Source of the DNA: Shigella phage Shfl2
Reading direction: 5' to 3' (one strand)
Sequence record: HM035025
Length of the DNA stretch: 64,000 nt
Below, piece by piece: positions 1 to 10,277 of the stretch; the first letter of the stretch is position 1, and every line of letters starts with the position of its first letter. Under the pieces are notes generated by a model. It made no database searches and was not told where the DNA came from. It worked only from the letters and a program-made list of their open reading frames with translations. The position numbers and the translations under genes are program-made.

Positions 1-1907
1 ACTTCATCTACACTGAAGTACTTCATCATAAAATCTAATTCAGGATACTTGATAATTTTATCAATATATCGTTTAGCTGAACTTGAATAACCTACATACT
101 TATCATAATCTACATCATCAAAAGCATCTACATATAAATCACGCAAAGCTTCAAAAATGCATTGGCACTGACCGAGTTCTTTTACCTTTTTCTGTAAAAG
201 CGGACGAATAACATAAAATTCATTAATGCCAATAAGATTAGCCATACGAATCAAAATATTCATAGATGGATGACAAAGAGATGTAGTACCATCCATAGAG
301 AAAATATCAGAACGATGCATATACGCTACATAACCAGTAATTTCATCTGCTTCTGATGTGAGCGTAAATAGTTCCTCTTTTTCCCATCGCCCATCTTTAA
401 TTTCAAATTTAAATGCTGTAGCAGCTTTAGGACGAGGAGCTTTACTTTTAACTACCTTTGGAATATAGCTTTTAACTAAAGCTTCAATTTCTGACAAATA
501 ATGAATGTTAACTTCATCATTTTCAAACATTGCCATAATATCAGGGAGTAAATCAATCTGTGATTCTACTTCCGGATTAATAAACAGAAGACGCTCATTG
601 TGATGAATATTTAAGGTGTTATTAAATTCACTATCATCTAATGCACGTGCTAATCCACGGACAATATTAACACGATTTTTAATATTATCAATAACGATAT
701 TAATTTTTGTTGTATTAATACCAAACAGACGATAACTTGATGCAATGGCTGAAGTTTCATGACTTTGCTTAATGCGCTTCAGTCGAGGGTCAAGATTTAC
801 TTCATACACAACCCCTGCATTACATAACTTACTATCAGGTTCAAACATACTCTGCATCTTCTTATATGACAGATTTTTAGTCGTGAATTTGACTGAATTA
901 CTAATCATATAATCTCGAGCAGAATACCCCATCTTCATCAATTCACGATATGTGTGACGAGGAGATGTAGATTCTTTAAATCGTTTTACATCTTCATTAA
1001 ATGCTTTCTCACTGAGTTCTTTAACTCGTTCAATGATATTTTTACGAGTGCGATCATCTAATGAAAGAGCTTCGCGTGATGGAGCAATATCCAGTGAACC
1101 CATTGGAAACTTAATGTAATTCACTTCATTGCGAATGCTTAACCAGTTGCGGTCTCTAATAACACCATCAATAGGATAAACAATACCACCATAGATAGCA
1201 TATAATCCACCACGATCAGGCCAGTATCTTTCTGGATTTACACCGTAATAATCATCAAAATCCGGAAAATAGTCAATTTCACGGTCAAGACCATTAATGA
1301 TAGCCAAATCTTTGAACGGTCGCATGATATAAGAAACTTCATAAGCAAAGTTTCTAAAGTCTTTTTCTTCAACTGGAACTACGATTTCAATACCAGTTTT
1401 ATCATCTGGACCCATTTCTTTTACGAATGTAGGTTTAATTTGTGGACCATCGCCATCCATGTAAGCTACATAACCACGAATTTCACCTTTATGATACGAA
1501 GTAATACTAAATGTATCAGTATAACTAAACGGAGATTTAGAACCTAAACCAAATCCGCCAATAAAGTCATTAGATTCGGCTTTAGATGAACTGAAGTATG
1601 AATTATACAGACCAGGAGAATTATCATCACCCTGAATATCAAAATCACTCATACCGGGACCAAAATCTCGGCAAACAAATCGTGGATCTAAACGTCCTGG
1701 AACTTGAATGATAAATTTTTCAGGATTTCCATTAAGAGCATGGGCATCAATCATGTTGGTAATCAATTCACGGACTACTGCGCGAATTTTGTTTGTATAC
1801 AAATCAGATGACAGAATTTTAAATACTTTAGGAGATGCTGTGATGCTAAATGCTTTTGATTTAGAACCATTACCAAGAATTGTTTCTTTTTCAGTGGTGA
1901 TAATCAT
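1..1907 (-). CDS. rIIA: rIIA protein, N-terminal part; C-terminus lies beyond window start
   Basis: Minus-strand translation from ATG at 1905-1907 reads [32 protein letters not shown]..., matching T4 rIIA N-terminus as recalled; GAGGA SD upstream; frame open to position 1; absent from ORF track because no in-window stop. Confidence 0.88.
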   Translation of the reverse strand, partial: MIITTEKETILGNGSKSKAFSITASPKVFKILSSDLYTNKIRAVVRELITNMIDAHALNGNPEKFIIQVPGRLDPRFVCRDFGPGMSDFDIQGDDNSPGLYNSYFSSSKAESNDFIGGFGLGSKSPFSYTDTFSITSYHKGEIRGYVAYMDGDGPQIKPTFVKEMGPDDKTGIEIVVPVEEKDFRNFAYEVSYIMRPFKDLAIINGLDREIDYFPDFDDYYGVNPERYWPDRGGLYAIYGGIVYPIDGVIRDRNWLSIRNEVNYIKFPMGSLDIAPSREALSLDDRTRKNIIERVKELSEKAFNEDVKRFKESTSPRHTYRELMKMGYSARDYMISNSVKFTTKNLSYKKMQSMFEPDSKLCNAGVVYEVNLDPRLKRIKQSHETSAIASSYRLFGINTTKINIVIDNIKNRVNIVRGLARALDDSEFNNTLNIHHNERLLFINPEVESQIDLLPDIMAMFENDEVNIHYLSEIEALVKSYIPKVVKSKAPRPKAATAFKFEIKDGRWEKEELFTLTSEADEITGYVAYMHRSDIFSMDGTTSLCHPSMNILIRMANLIGINEFYVIRPLLQKKVKELGQCQCIFEALRDLYVDAFDDVDYDKYVGYSSSAKRYIDKIIKYPELDFMMKYFSVDE

Positions 1908-1917
1908 AATTTCCTCA

Positions 1918-2121
1918 TTAATTCATATTACGCTTAATAACTTCAGCAACTTCTAGCAGTTCATCTTTAGTTGCGGTGTCGGATTGAATTTTATCTCTAA
2001 TATCTTTAAAGCGGTTTTTAAATTCTTCGGCTTCTCCCATATCGAAAAAGCGTTGAATGATTCTATATTCTCGATGAACTGCTTTATCAAAAAGTTCTAA
2101 ATTTACTTTATATGATTTCAT
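1918..2121 (-). CDS. small conserved ORF upstream of rIIA (rIIA.1-like)
   Basis: 67 aa ORF at the position of T4 rIIA.1, between gene 39 and rIIA. Confidence 0.55.
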   Translation of the reverse strand: MKSYKVNLELFDKAVHREYRIIQRFFDMGEAEEFKNRFKDIRDKIQSDTATKDELLEVAEVIKRNMN

Positions 2122-2146
2122 TTCAATATCCTCATTTGCCCAATTA

Positions 2147-2176
2147 ATTATACCACATCCTTGTGGTAAAGTAAAC
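2147..2176 (-). promoter_or_regulatory. T4-type early promoter (-35 GTTTAC / -10 TATAAT) reading into rIIA.1-rIIA
   Basis: Minus strand reads GTTTACT-17 nt-TATAAT; the spacer holds the palindrome CCACAAGGATGTGG; the -35 overlaps the gene 39 stop codon. Confidence 0.55.
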
Positions 2177-3996
2177 TACTGGCTCATCCATTCTTTACGA
2201 AGGTCAGCATTATCTCCCATGAGCATTTCAAAAAGCTCTTTCCAATTCTCAGGAAGTTTAACAACATCATATACTGGGTTTTGAATCATCTCACGATATT
2301 CAGATTTTTCCAAAGAGCCAAGTCCCTTAATATAACGGATGCTATGTTTAGGTAGAGCATCTTTGGCACTCTCATATTCAGCGACTGTATAAAACCATTC
2401 TTGTTTTTTACCGACCTGAGCGATGATTACAGGAGTTTTGACAAAGCGAATTCGTCCTTGCTCAAACAGTTCTGGCCAATTACTAAAAAACCCGAGCAGA
2501 GAAGGATAAATGCTTCCTAGACCATCATGGTCAGCATCAGTCATAATAGCAATATTATGATAATTCAAGTTTTCAGCTTTTTCACCGAGAACTAATCCAG
2601 TGATTGCGCAAATATCAAATAGTTCTTTGTTTTTAAGCATATCAGCATATGACATACCCCAACTGTTGAGAACTTTACCGCGCAATGGATAACCACCGTG
2701 AAGTTCTTTATCACGAACATCAATAAGATATCCGATAGCCGAATCACCCTCGGTTAAGAACAATGTAGTATCAGCATCTTTACCACAAAGATTCGCTTTG
2801 ATATGTTTATGAACCTTTGCCTTAGAAGCCTTTTTAGCTGCTTTAGTTTCTGCTGCTTTTTCTGCTGCCAATTTACGAGCTAATGCTGCTTCAATAATTG
2901 GCATCAAAATTGCTTCATTATTTAGAATAGCACGTGAAATCTTTTTAGCATCAAGTTGAATATGACTACGAATTTCACCAAAAGGAGAAGTAAGTCGTTC
3001 TTTAGTTTGAGAATCAAATCGCATGTTTTTCATATCACGGACAAACATAACGATAGTCAAACATTCTTTGACACGTGCTTTAGTTACATCAATTTTGAAC
3101 TTACGTTTGATTTGTGGAATAAGGTCTTCACAAATATCATCCATAACACAGTCAATGTGATGGCCACCATTCTTAGTGTGAATGTTATTCACATAAGTTA
3201 ATTGACGAAATCCATCTGGTGAACGACCAACCGCAATAGAACAATTTTCTTGTTCTTGAACAATAGCATGTTCATCATACTGTCGTGCATATTTCTTAAA
3301 ATTGCCCTGAACCTTTTTACCATTAAAGGTAAATTGAATATCAGGATAAACAACAGCAAGTGTCTGGAGACGATCTAGTGTAATGTCAAGATAAACTTGG
3401 GACAGCTCATTAGTTTCAAATGACATAAAATCAGGAATGAAAGTAACACGAGTTCCTTTCCATTTTCCTGGAATAGTTTCCCATGATTTATTTTCCATGC
3501 CATTTGAACAACGAACTACAATATTATTTTGACCGTCGCCAGTTTCACCAACAAACATCACAGAAAAAATGTTTGTCAAACTAGAACCAACACCATTCAT
3601 ACCGCCGGTGACACGTTCTTTATCATCACCGAAGTTACCACCTGCTTTTGGAATAGTCCACGCAGCAACAGGACCAGGAATTTCTTCACCGGTAGGTGTT
3701 TTAACCATCGCTTGTGGAATACCGCGACCGTTATCTTCAACTGTTACCTGATTATTTTTAATGTTAACATTAATTTTATTCGCGAATTTAAACTTAGTAC
3801 GAATACCTTCATCTACTGAGTTATCGATAATTTCATCAATAAGCTTAACAAGACCAGGTACATACTGAACACTTTCCCATTTACCAAACAGAAAGCGCTC
3901 ATGCATTTCATTAGCTGAAGAGCCAATGTACATGCCGCTACGCTTTTTGATATGTTCAATATCGCTCAGAATTTTAATTTCATTCTTAATCATCAC
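2176..3996 (-). CDS. 39: DNA topoisomerase II large (ATPase, GyrB-like) subunit, unsplit form
   Basis: 606 aa, starts MIKNEIKILSDIEHIKKRSGMYIGSS; GHKL ATPase motifs (VEDNGRGIP, GxxGxG); a single continuous ORF, unlike the T4 39 + 60 arrangement. Confidence 0.9.
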   Translation of the reverse strand: MMIKNEIKILSDIEHIKKRSGMYIGSSANEMHERFLFGKWESVQYVPGLVKLIDEIIDNSVDEGIRTKFKFANKINVNIKNNQVTVEDNGRGIPQAMVKTPTGEEIPGPVAAWTIPKAGGNFGDDKERVTGGMNGVGSSLTNIFSVMFVGETGDGQNNIVVRCSNGMENKSWETIPGKWKGTRVTFIPDFMSFETNELSQVYLDITLDRLQTLAVVYPDIQFTFNGKKVQGNFKKYARQYDEHAIVQEQENCSIAVGRSPDGFRQLTYVNNIHTKNGGHHIDCVMDDICEDLIPQIKRKFKIDVTKARVKECLTIVMFVRDMKNMRFDSQTKERLTSPFGEIRSHIQLDAKKISRAILNNEAILMPIIEAALARKLAAEKAAETKAAKKASKAKVHKHIKANLCGKDADTTLFLTEGDSAIGYLIDVRDKELHGGYPLRGKVLNSWGMSYADMLKNKELFDICAITGLVLGEKAENLNYHNIAIMTDADHDGLGSIYPSLLGFFSNWPELFEQGRIRFVKTPVIIAQVGKKQEWFYTVAEYESAKDALPKHSIRYIKGLGSLEKSEYREMIQNPVYDVVKLPENWKELFEMLMGDNADLRKEWMSQ

Positions 3997-4045
3997 TTAT
4001 CCTCGTTTGGTTTCGGGAATATTATACTCCGGTAATCATAAAGCT

Positions 4046-4063
4046 AAAGGCCCGAAGGCCTTT
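4046..4063 (-). terminator. stem-loop with CGAA/UUCG tetraloop downstream of lipoprotein gene
   Basis: aaaggcc-cgaa-ggccttt inverted repeat abutting the stop codon. Confidence 0.45.
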
Positions 4064-4335
4064 TATTTAAAACGAATAGTTGAATCCTTAAAGAACAGCC
4101 CAGAACATACTGTTCCTTCTACTTTCTGCCCGGTAGGTCCAATAGCACGAAATCCAGTATGTTGGAAATCATTTTCAGAGCAACCAAACCAATTGTATCC
4201 AGTGATTTCAATATTAGTAAACCCACTTGAAGACAAAACTTTGGTTGCATTATCAGCATCAGTACATCCTACTAAAGATACTGCTAATACTAATGCCGCG
4301 ATAGAACGATTAATATATTTCATAATTTCACTCAA
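4063..4335 (-). CDS. small lipoprotein (signal peptide plus lipobox LVGC)
   Basis: 90 aa; N-terminal hydrophobic segment ending LVGC then a Cys-containing mature part. Confidence 0.55.
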   Translation of the reverse strand: MSEIMKYINRSIAALVLAVSLVGCTDADNATKVLSSSGFTNIEITGYNWFGCSENDFQHTGFRAIGPTGQKVEGTVCSGLFFKDSTIRFK

Positions 4336-4699
4336 ATTTAATGGCTTGAAGAAGACTAATAATTCTCAAGCGACTTCTTTCATCTTTAACTGTAAAAGAA
4401 AGAGGGTCACCAGATTTCATAGTAATAGTACATTCAAAATCAAAATCTTCGGAAACTTCTTTGAAGAAGTCAAATTCTTCATCATAAATTAGAACATTAC
4501 TCTGACAACTATGAAGAATTTTTCCATCATTTCCAGATGCTGTACTAATCATCGTAACATTGCGACCTTTCATATCTTCAACGATAAATTCGCTTGTAGA
4601 TATTACAGCATTAATAGAACCATTCCTATAAATAGCAGACATTAGATATTTCTTTTCTTCGCCTTCGCGAATACGATATTTCTTACCGATTTTAAACAT
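4328..4699 (-). CDS. hypothetical protein
   Basis: 123 aa ORF tightly packed between neighbours. Confidence 0.45.
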   Translation of the reverse strand: MFKIGKKYRIREGEEKKYLMSAIYRNGSINAVISTSEFIVEDMKGRNVTMISTASGNDGKILHSCQSNVLIYDEEFDFFKEVSEDFDFECTITMKSGDPLSFTVKDERSRLRIISLLQAIKFE

Positions 4700-4701
4700 A
4701 A

Positions 4702-4878
4702 TTACCCTTTAAGTAAGTCGTAAAAACCACCATTCACATGCTTAGGAGCAGAAGGCCGATGAGTAGACAAACGATGACATTTAGGGCAAACATCATTTTC
4801 TCGTTCAGAAATCTTTTTAATTTTTTCATATTCATGCCCGCAATCTTCGGATTGGCATTTATAATCATACATTGGCAT
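4702..4878 (-). CDS. FmdB-family zinc-ribbon protein (58 aa)
   Basis: Hand-translated: MPMYDYKCQSEDCGHEYEKIKKISERENDVCPKCHRLSTHRPSAPKHVNGGFYDLLKG; two CxxC pairs; fills the gap exactly; below the 60 aa cutoff of the ORF track. Confidence 0.55.
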   Translation of the reverse strand: MPMYDYKCQSEDCGHEYEKIKKISERENDVCPKCHRLSTHRPSAPKHVNGGFYDLLKG

Positions 4879-4880
4879 AA

Positions 4881-5300
4881 TTATTCCTTAAAGTGTGCTT
4901 TCAACATCTGATACAAGGACCATGCCTGTTCATTATTTTCAATAGTAACTTTCATGACCGGGAATTCTGTGAAATCTTCTATTTGTTCTTGCTCTTCCTG
5001 CTTTTGCTCTTCAGATGCCTGGTATGGATTTTCTACTTCATCAAAGAACTCAGCTTCGTTAGTAGAAAGCCAGATAAAGTTTTCATCAAGGATATCACCA
5101 TGTTTTGCATATCCAATTGTGCCAGTAAATGACATAATTTTAGTAGGACGACCAAGATGGTCAGCATCTAAAATTTTAAAAGGATGCATACCTAAACGGC
5201 GTGCATAGATTCCGTTATCAGTATGGTCTTTAATAAAAGCTTCTTGAGCTTGTTTATTTTTAAATTGATACCATTTATTAACTTCAAATCTAATAGCCAT
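4881..5300 (-). CDS. hypothetical protein (position and size compatible with T4 goF)
   Basis: 139 aa; acidic Q/E-rich tail; assignment by synteny only. Confidence 0.45.
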   Translation of the reverse strand: MAIRFEVNKWYQFKNKQAQEAFIKDHTDNGIYARRLGMHPFKILDADHLGRPTKIMSFTGTIGYAKHGDILDENFIWLSTNEAEFFDEVENPYQASEEQKQEEQEQIEDFTEFPVMKVTIENNEQAWSLYQMLKAHFKE

Positions 5301-5515
5301 TAATAAATTTCCTTCCAGTAAGTTGTGCCATCTTCAGTAATTTCACGAAATACACCGTAAATTGGTTGTTTATCACCAACCTTTTCATACACATAAACCG
5401 AAGTCAAGTGAGTAAACTTAACGGTATGTTCCTTTTGAACTACTACCAAATCTGGATCGAATAATACATCTTCAAATTCATCATTAGTGCAATTCTGAAC
5501 AATTTTACGTTTCAT
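5300..5515 (-). CDS. hypothetical 71 aa protein (size and position compatible with T4 cef)
   Basis: 71 aa; synteny and length only. Confidence 0.4.
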   Translation of the reverse strand: MKRKIVQNCTNDEFEDVLFDPDLVVVQKEHTVKFTHLTSVYVYEKVGDKQPIYGVFREITEDGTTYWKEIY

Positions 5516-5528
5516 TACAATTTCCTCA

Positions 5529-5798
5529 TTAATTGAACAGTGGAGCGATGCGTTTCAGAAGAGTAGCAGCACCTTTGGCGAATTTTACATCATGAAAAAC
5601 AGTTTCTTCTTCCGTTACAACACGAGCTTTAATGTTTTCACAATCCCAATTTTTACGAACAATCTTCAAAAGCTGCAGTAAATCTTTACATTCAGCAATA
5701 TCGATAACACATCCACGAGAATCTTCCATTATCGCACGATAACCGTAAACCATACCATAATCGTTGAAAGATTGTTCGATGATAATTAAGTTTTCCAT
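5529..5798 (-). CDS. hypothetical protein carried on a repeated promoter/5'UTR cassette
   Basis: Likely start at MENLIII (GGAG SD); upstream leader resembles the cassette found at 25.3, 49.7, 51.2 and 54.8 kb. Confidence 0.45.
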   Translation of the reverse strand: MENLIIIEQSFNDYGMVYGYRAIMEDSRGCVIDIAECKDLLQLLKIVRKNWDCENIKARVVTEEETVFHDVKFAKGAATLLKRIAPLFN

Positions 5799-5895
5799 TT
5801 TATTCTCCAAGTTGTTTTCTGTATCAGTAGTTGATATTGATATAGTACCATAATCAACTACTGATGTATATAGTTTTATGAAAAAATTTTAAACT

Positions 5896-6387
5896 TTATG
5901 CATAGCGAGCTTTGCTATAGTGTTTAATCCAACTTTCAGGAATGACTTTGTATGTTCCTAAAAATACCACGTTGTACAACTTAACGCCATCTTCTACCCA
6001 CTGATCGGTAATGTATGCACACATAGCACGAGTGCGTTGTTTAGATCCTTTCTCGTCTTCAATAAATTCGAATTCATAAGGAGCAACGAACTTAATAGCC
6101 TGACCGAGTTTCCACTTAAAGTCTACACCTACATGCGAAGTATCAATCGTTTCAATTCCTTTAGCAGGAACAGCTTTCAAAAACGCAGACTCAAGAAATT
6201 TCGCACGAACATAGCCAAACTGAGGTTTAGACTTTCCATCTTTAGGAATGATACGCACTTTTACTTCAGAATCTTCATCTTTAACACCATGTTTAAGCTG
6301 AATACTTACAATTTCGACCAATTTTCCTGCTGCTTTAGAACGAGATTTATCAGATACACGAGCAATTTCACCAATATTAATAATCAT
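5896..6387 (-). CDS. motB-like protein
   Basis: 163 aa at the T4 motB position (T4 MotB ~162 aa); C-terminal region paralogous to the next ORF. Confidence 0.45.
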   Translation of the reverse strand: MIINIGEIARVSDKSRSKAAGKLVEIVSIQLKHGVKDEDSEVKVRIIPKDGKSKPQFGYVRAKFLESAFLKAVPAKGIETIDTSHVGVDFKWKLGQAIKFVAPYEFEFIEDEKGSKQRTRAMCAYITDQWVEDGVKLYNVVFLGTYKVIPESWIKHYSKARYA

Positions 6388-6462
6388 AGTTATCTCTCAC
6401 TTGTTAAAAAGATTTTATACTCCACGAGGGACCATTATACTCTGGTCCCAAGAGTTTGTAAA

Positions 6463-6963
6463 CTAGCTTACACGAACATTAATCACTGCGCTGCGAGGAA
6501 CTACAGAGTATTCTCCAGCATGAACTACATTAAGAAGTTCAACGCCATCTTCAATCCATTGGTCAGTTACCCAACCGCCGACCGGATTCGCAAATGGACG
6601 ACGAATGTAAACCGCCTTACACAACAAATCAGTCGGGTCTTCAATTTTTTCAACTGGTGCCACATACATAGAAACTAAATCCATATCAATATGGGATTTT
6701 TCCTCTTCTTTTTCAATTTCTGTCAATAGACTAAAATCTTTTTCATAAATAATAAGCGATGACACCATTCCATAATAGTTTCTAATTTCAATATACATCA
6801 TGCCGATAAGAATTCCGCTATTAACACTAATAACAGTAAAAGGATATCCGCCGGTTAAAGCAAGAAGTTCACAAAACTTATTATGAGCTGTATTAGATAG
6901 TACCGGAAAATTCTTAATTTCATCAAATTTTTTCAATTGATAAACAGCATTATTTTTAATCAT
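6463..6963 (-). CDS. hypothetical protein, C-terminal domain paralogous to motB-like ORF
   Basis: 166 aa; ...WVTDQWIEDGVELLNVVHAGEYSVVP vs ...YITDQWVEDGVKLYNVVFLGTYKVIP in 5896..6387. Confidence 0.45.
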   Translation of the reverse strand: MIKNNAVYQLKKFDEIKNFPVLSNTAHNKFCELLALTGGYPFTVISVNSGILIGMMYIEIRNYYGMVSSLIIYEKDFSLLTEIEKEEEKSHIDMDLVSMYVAPVEKIEDPTDLLCKAVYIRRPFANPVGGWVTDQWIEDGVELLNVVHAGEYSVVPRSAVINVRVS

Positions 6964-6973
6964 AATTTTCTCT

Positions 6974-7516
6974 TTAATCTAAAGTAATAAAGCCTTTTAA
7001 TTCAGCATGCGATTTACGGAACATTACTTGGTGTCCGCCAATTATAACTTCATCTTCAGGAACTTCGTATACAGCGAGATAAAATCCTTTAGAAGATAAT
7101 TCTTCACGCTCTTCTCGAGTGAACCATCTCATCATATCATATTCACTAGCGAAAGCAAAATGATAAAGAGCTATAAACCATCCTGGAATATAGTGATCTA
7201 CGCCTACATATTCCTCTTTCTCAAATTTAGTATTAATTGCTATATTAGCATTTTTAACTAATAATTTGTCTTCGCGCGGAAGAGGAATTCTTTTGTTATC
7301 ATTACTATGATGTGTAAAATTAGGTCTATCATAACCTACGTGTAATAACCACTCTTCGCTCCATGAATCTATTATACTCCTGTATGGCGTTATTTGAACA
7401 CAAAGATTTCGACGTATTGTTATAGCATCTTCACAATTAAGAATACTAAACGATGATTCAACACGATAAATTTTCATTTTATTATCCTCAGTAGCTATGG
7501 TGTTATAATACCACAA
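6974..7516 (-). CDS. hypothetical protein
   Basis: 180 aa ORF. Confidence 0.45.
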   Translation of the reverse strand: MWYYNTIATEDNKMKIYRVESSFSILNCEDAITIRRNLCVQITPYRSIIDSWSEEWLLHVGYDRPNFTHHSNDNKRIPLPREDKLLVKNANIAINTKFEKEEYVGVDHYIPGWFIALYHFAFASEYDMMRWFTREEREELSSKGFYLAVYEVPEDEVIIGGHQVMFRKSHAELKGFITLD

Positions 7517-7540
7517 CTAACCGAGGAAGTAAACAACTTT

Positions 7541-8224
7541 TTATCGTTTTGTTGGAAGAGATAGAGGATCGCACTCTTCCTCTGATGGAGCATCTTCAAG
7601 ACCCATAGCATATCGCAAAGCATACTTCATCATCAGGATGTCTTTCGCACAGTCATGAATAGAATCATGCGCAACGAATCCATCTAAAGTTCCCTTTGGA
7701 AGAGGACACGTGGTCATATCACGAACAAGCAGAAGTGCTTCAATTCTGGTACGAATATCACGTTGATTCCAGAATTTACATGGTTCTAACTTAAATGTGT
7801 CAAGTTCATTCTCAGAAACGCCGTTAAGACGCTGAATATCGCGAATAAGATCGACTAAAATTGGAAAATCAAATGACATTCCACGGCACCAGCCTTGAGA
7901 TTTCCAAGGATCGATGTTATGTGCATTAATGTAATCATTAAATTTTGCAATACCATCGATAGTGCTTACATCTTCATCTGATGGCGCAATATTTTTTCGA
8001 GCTTCAGGAGACTGATTTTTCCACCATTCGATAGTGCTTTTAGTAAAAAGACGATGTCCTTTTTGGCTTTTTAAATCAAACTTGATTTTAATGCCGCGTG
8101 AAACTAATTCATCAAATGTTTCAACTACTTCTGGATTAGGATCAAAGGCAATAACAGCTAAGTCAATAACAGCTGCTTTTTCACCGCTTCCCATTGTTTC
8201 AAAATCTATAATAAAATCAAACAT
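7541..8224 (-). CDS. dexA: exonuclease A (DEDDh 3'-5' exonuclease)
   Basis: 227 aa; starts MFDFIIDFETMG with DxE and later H/D motifs typical of DnaQ-like exonucleases; T4 dexA size and position. Confidence 0.82.
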   Translation of the reverse strand: MFDFIIDFETMGSGEKAAVIDLAVIAFDPNPEVVETFDELVSRGIKIKFDLKSQKGHRLFTKSTIEWWKNQSPEARKNIAPSDEDVSTIDGIAKFNDYINAHNIDPWKSQGWCRGMSFDFPILVDLIRDIQRLNGVSENELDTFKLEPCKFWNQRDIRTRIEALLLVRDMTTCPLPKGTLDGFVAHDSIHDCAKDILMMKYALRYAMGLEDAPSEEECDPLSLPTKR

Positions 8225-8499
8225 TAAATTTTCCTCGCTAAATCGCGAATTTGACCTACAGTATAATCTTGGATATAAACTTTATTAATGGGCTCATCAA
8301 TAAATTTTGCCATAGATTCAATATCTTTTTGTATCTCTTCAAGACTGTATACTATCTTTAAAGCTTTTTCGCGAATAGTAACATTATCAGGTCCTGAATT
8401 TTCTTGAATGACAGCTTTAACATTTGCCATAAGAGATTTAAACTGATGCAAACTTAATTCAATCATTAATAACCGCCTTATAAAGATGGCTAATTTCAC
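8224..8499 (-). CDS. hypothetical protein (dexA.1-like)
   Basis: 91 aa; paralogous to the next ORF (LEEIQKDIESMAKF vs LEEIERDLIALEFF). Confidence 0.4.
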   Translation of the reverse strand: MKLAIFIRRLLMIELSLHQFKSLMANVKAVIQENSGPDNVTIREKALKIVYSLEEIQKDIESMAKFIDEPINKVYIQDYTVGQIRDLARKI

Positions 8500-8719
8500 C
8501 TAAAACATAATCACTGATTGTAACAGTTTTCACTTCACCGCAAAAGAATTCTAATGCAATCAAATCTCGTTCAATTTCTTCCAATTGAAGCATTAACTTG
8601 CCTGATTCAGTTTTCACATTTTTGCGATTTTTGCTATAAGCTATTTCATAAATTTCGCTTACTTTATCTTGAAGAAGATAAAACTGGTCTTTAGTTATTT
8701 CCACGAATAGCTTCCTCAA
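8459..8719 (-). CDS. hypothetical protein (dexA.2-like)
   Basis: 86 aa; tandem paralog of 8224..8499. Confidence 0.4.
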   Translation of the reverse strand: MRKLFVEITKDQFYLLQDKVSEIYEIAYSKNRKNVKTESGKLMLQLEEIERDLIALEFFCGEVKTVTISDYVLGEISHLYKAVIND

Positions 8720-8951
8720 ATTTAATTAGTAATTTACAGACACTTTCATCTAGTGTAATTACCGTATCTGTATTACTGTGATATGATTGTTTTTCAATTC
8801 GTTTAATTGCTAATATAGTATCACTTATAAGATAAAGCTTATGAAGGAGCTCAGCTCCTGTTACCATAACATCGAGATTATCTTGCTTATTAGTATGCTT
8901 CCTTATACCATCTATTAGACGATTTAAATATTTTGAATTGATGTTAATCAT
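8691..8951 (-). CDS. hypothetical protein
   Basis: 86 aa ORF. Confidence 0.4.
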   Translation of the reverse strand: MININSKYLNRLIDGIRKHTNKQDNLDVMVTGAELLHKLYLISDTILAIKRIEKQSYHSNTDTVITLDESVCKLLIKFEEAIRGNN

Positions 8952-8957
8952 ATAGCC

Positions 8958-10277
8958 TCACACATAAAACACATCATAACGACCACGTGTTACACCAACA
9001 TAAAGAAGCTGCTGAGCTAGTTCAGCATCTGCATAATGAATGCAAGGTGTATAGATGAAAGCACGGTCTACAGACATACCCTGAGCTTTATGGAATGTTG
9101 ATGCAGGAAGTGCTTTCACTTTACTAAACTGTGATTTAGCATCCCAAAAATCACTCCACGGAGCTTTTCCGCCTTTGTTCCAATTTTTATAAGTTTCTGC
9201 CGTTTTACCTAAAAATAGGTTAAACTTATATAGCTCTTCATCAGATGAAATTATTTTAATCTTTTCACGATAATATTCATCATCACCATAAGTTTCTACT
9301 GTTAAATCCCAATGACGAATTAGGTATTCTCCAGAAACACCACGAGCTTTAACAAACGTCGATGTATACTCTGCTTCTATAATACGAACTAATTGTCCGT
9401 TATTAAAAATAATTTCTGACACAGGCTTTCCATCAATTTTATATGTTTTAATTAATGGTTCCTGCATTACAATAATTTCACCAACAATAAAATCTTTATC
9501 AGTTTCAAAAATCTTTTTGCGAATAATGCTATTTAACTTGTCAACGGATTTATTCGTAAATGCCATTACACGATTTTCAAACAAATCATCTAGCGATTTG
9601 ACGATTGAAAAATAATTTACCATAAAATCGCGTAAAGCGGTATCACCAGTAAATCCACGTACTCCATGCCCGTCAACAATTTTATCATAAATCCACTTAC
9701 CATTACGAACATCAGTAGCTACATCAATAATAGGAGCATTACTGCGTTTAACTTCAGTGAGTTCACACTGATAAAAATCTTTATGTGTAAAGAATGGACT
9801 GATATAAGCAGTGTTTTCTCCTGGGTCAACAGGTCTAATTTGCTTATTATCACCTATTCCAATTATAGTACACCACGGCGGGATAGTTGAAAGCAGAATT
9901 TTAAATAGCTTTCTATCATACATTGACACTTCGTCGCAGATTAATACCCTGCATTTAGCCAAATCTGGTACTTCTTTTTGCTCAAAAAGAACGTTTTCTT
10001 CGTATGTTACTGGGTTAATTTTAAGAATACTGTGAATAGTACTCGCTTCTTTCCCTGATAGTTTTGAAAGAATCTTTTTAGCTGCATGAGTAGGAGCTGC
10101 TAAAATAATGCCAGTTTCGCCCGTAGATATTAAGGCTTCAATGATGAACTTAGTAAGAGTAGTCTTACCAGTACCAGCAGGTCCATTAATAGTTACATGA
10201 TGTTTCTTTTCTTTGATAGCCCTCATAACGATGTTAAAGGCATTTTTCTGGCCTTCGGTCAAATCATCAAATGTCAT
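8958..10277 (-). CDS. dda: Dda DNA helicase (SF1B)
   Basis: 439 aa; Walker A GPAGTGKTT; starts MTFDDLTEGQKNAFNIV as T4 Dda. Confidence 0.92.
   Translation of the reverse strand: MTFDDLTEGQKNAFNIVMRAIKEKKHHVTINGPAGTGKTTLTKFIIEALISTGETGIILAAPTHAAKKILSKLSGKEASTIHSILKINPVTYEENVLFEQKEVPDLAKCRVLICDEVSMYDRKLFKILLSTIPPWCTIIGIGDNKQIRPVDPGENTAYISPFFTHKDFYQCELTEVKRSNAPIIDVATDVRNGKWIYDKIVDGHGVRGFTGDTALRDFMVNYFSIVKSLDDLFENRVMAFTNKSVDKLNSIIRKKIFETDKDFIVGEIIVMQEPLIKTYKIDGKPVSEIIFNNGQLVRIIEAEYTSTFVKARGVSGEYLIRHWDLTVETYGDDEYYREKIKIISSDEELYKFNLFLGKTAETYKNWNKGGKAPWSDFWDAKSQFSKVKALPASTFHKAQGMSVDRAFIYTPCIHYADAELAQQLLYVGVTRGRYDVFYV

Noticed and set aside
2100-2180. Gene 60-type translational bypass or a homing endonuclease between 39 and rIIA.1
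   Set aside because: Gene 39 reads through as one ORF to a stop at 2176 and rIIA.1 follows within 60 nt; there is no room for gene 60 or mobA.
3926-4492. Plus-strand 188 aa ORF overlapping the gene 39 start and the lipoprotein gene
   Set aside because: Antisense to well-supported minus-strand genes, low-complexity F/I/N/S-rich translation typical of AT-rich antisense frames, no SD.
6037-6678. Plus-strand 213 aa ORF
   Set aside because: Entirely antisense to the motB-like genes; low-complexity composition; no start context. The same reasoning applies to the other plus-strand ORFs at 32635..33018, 46906..47250 and 59795..60178.
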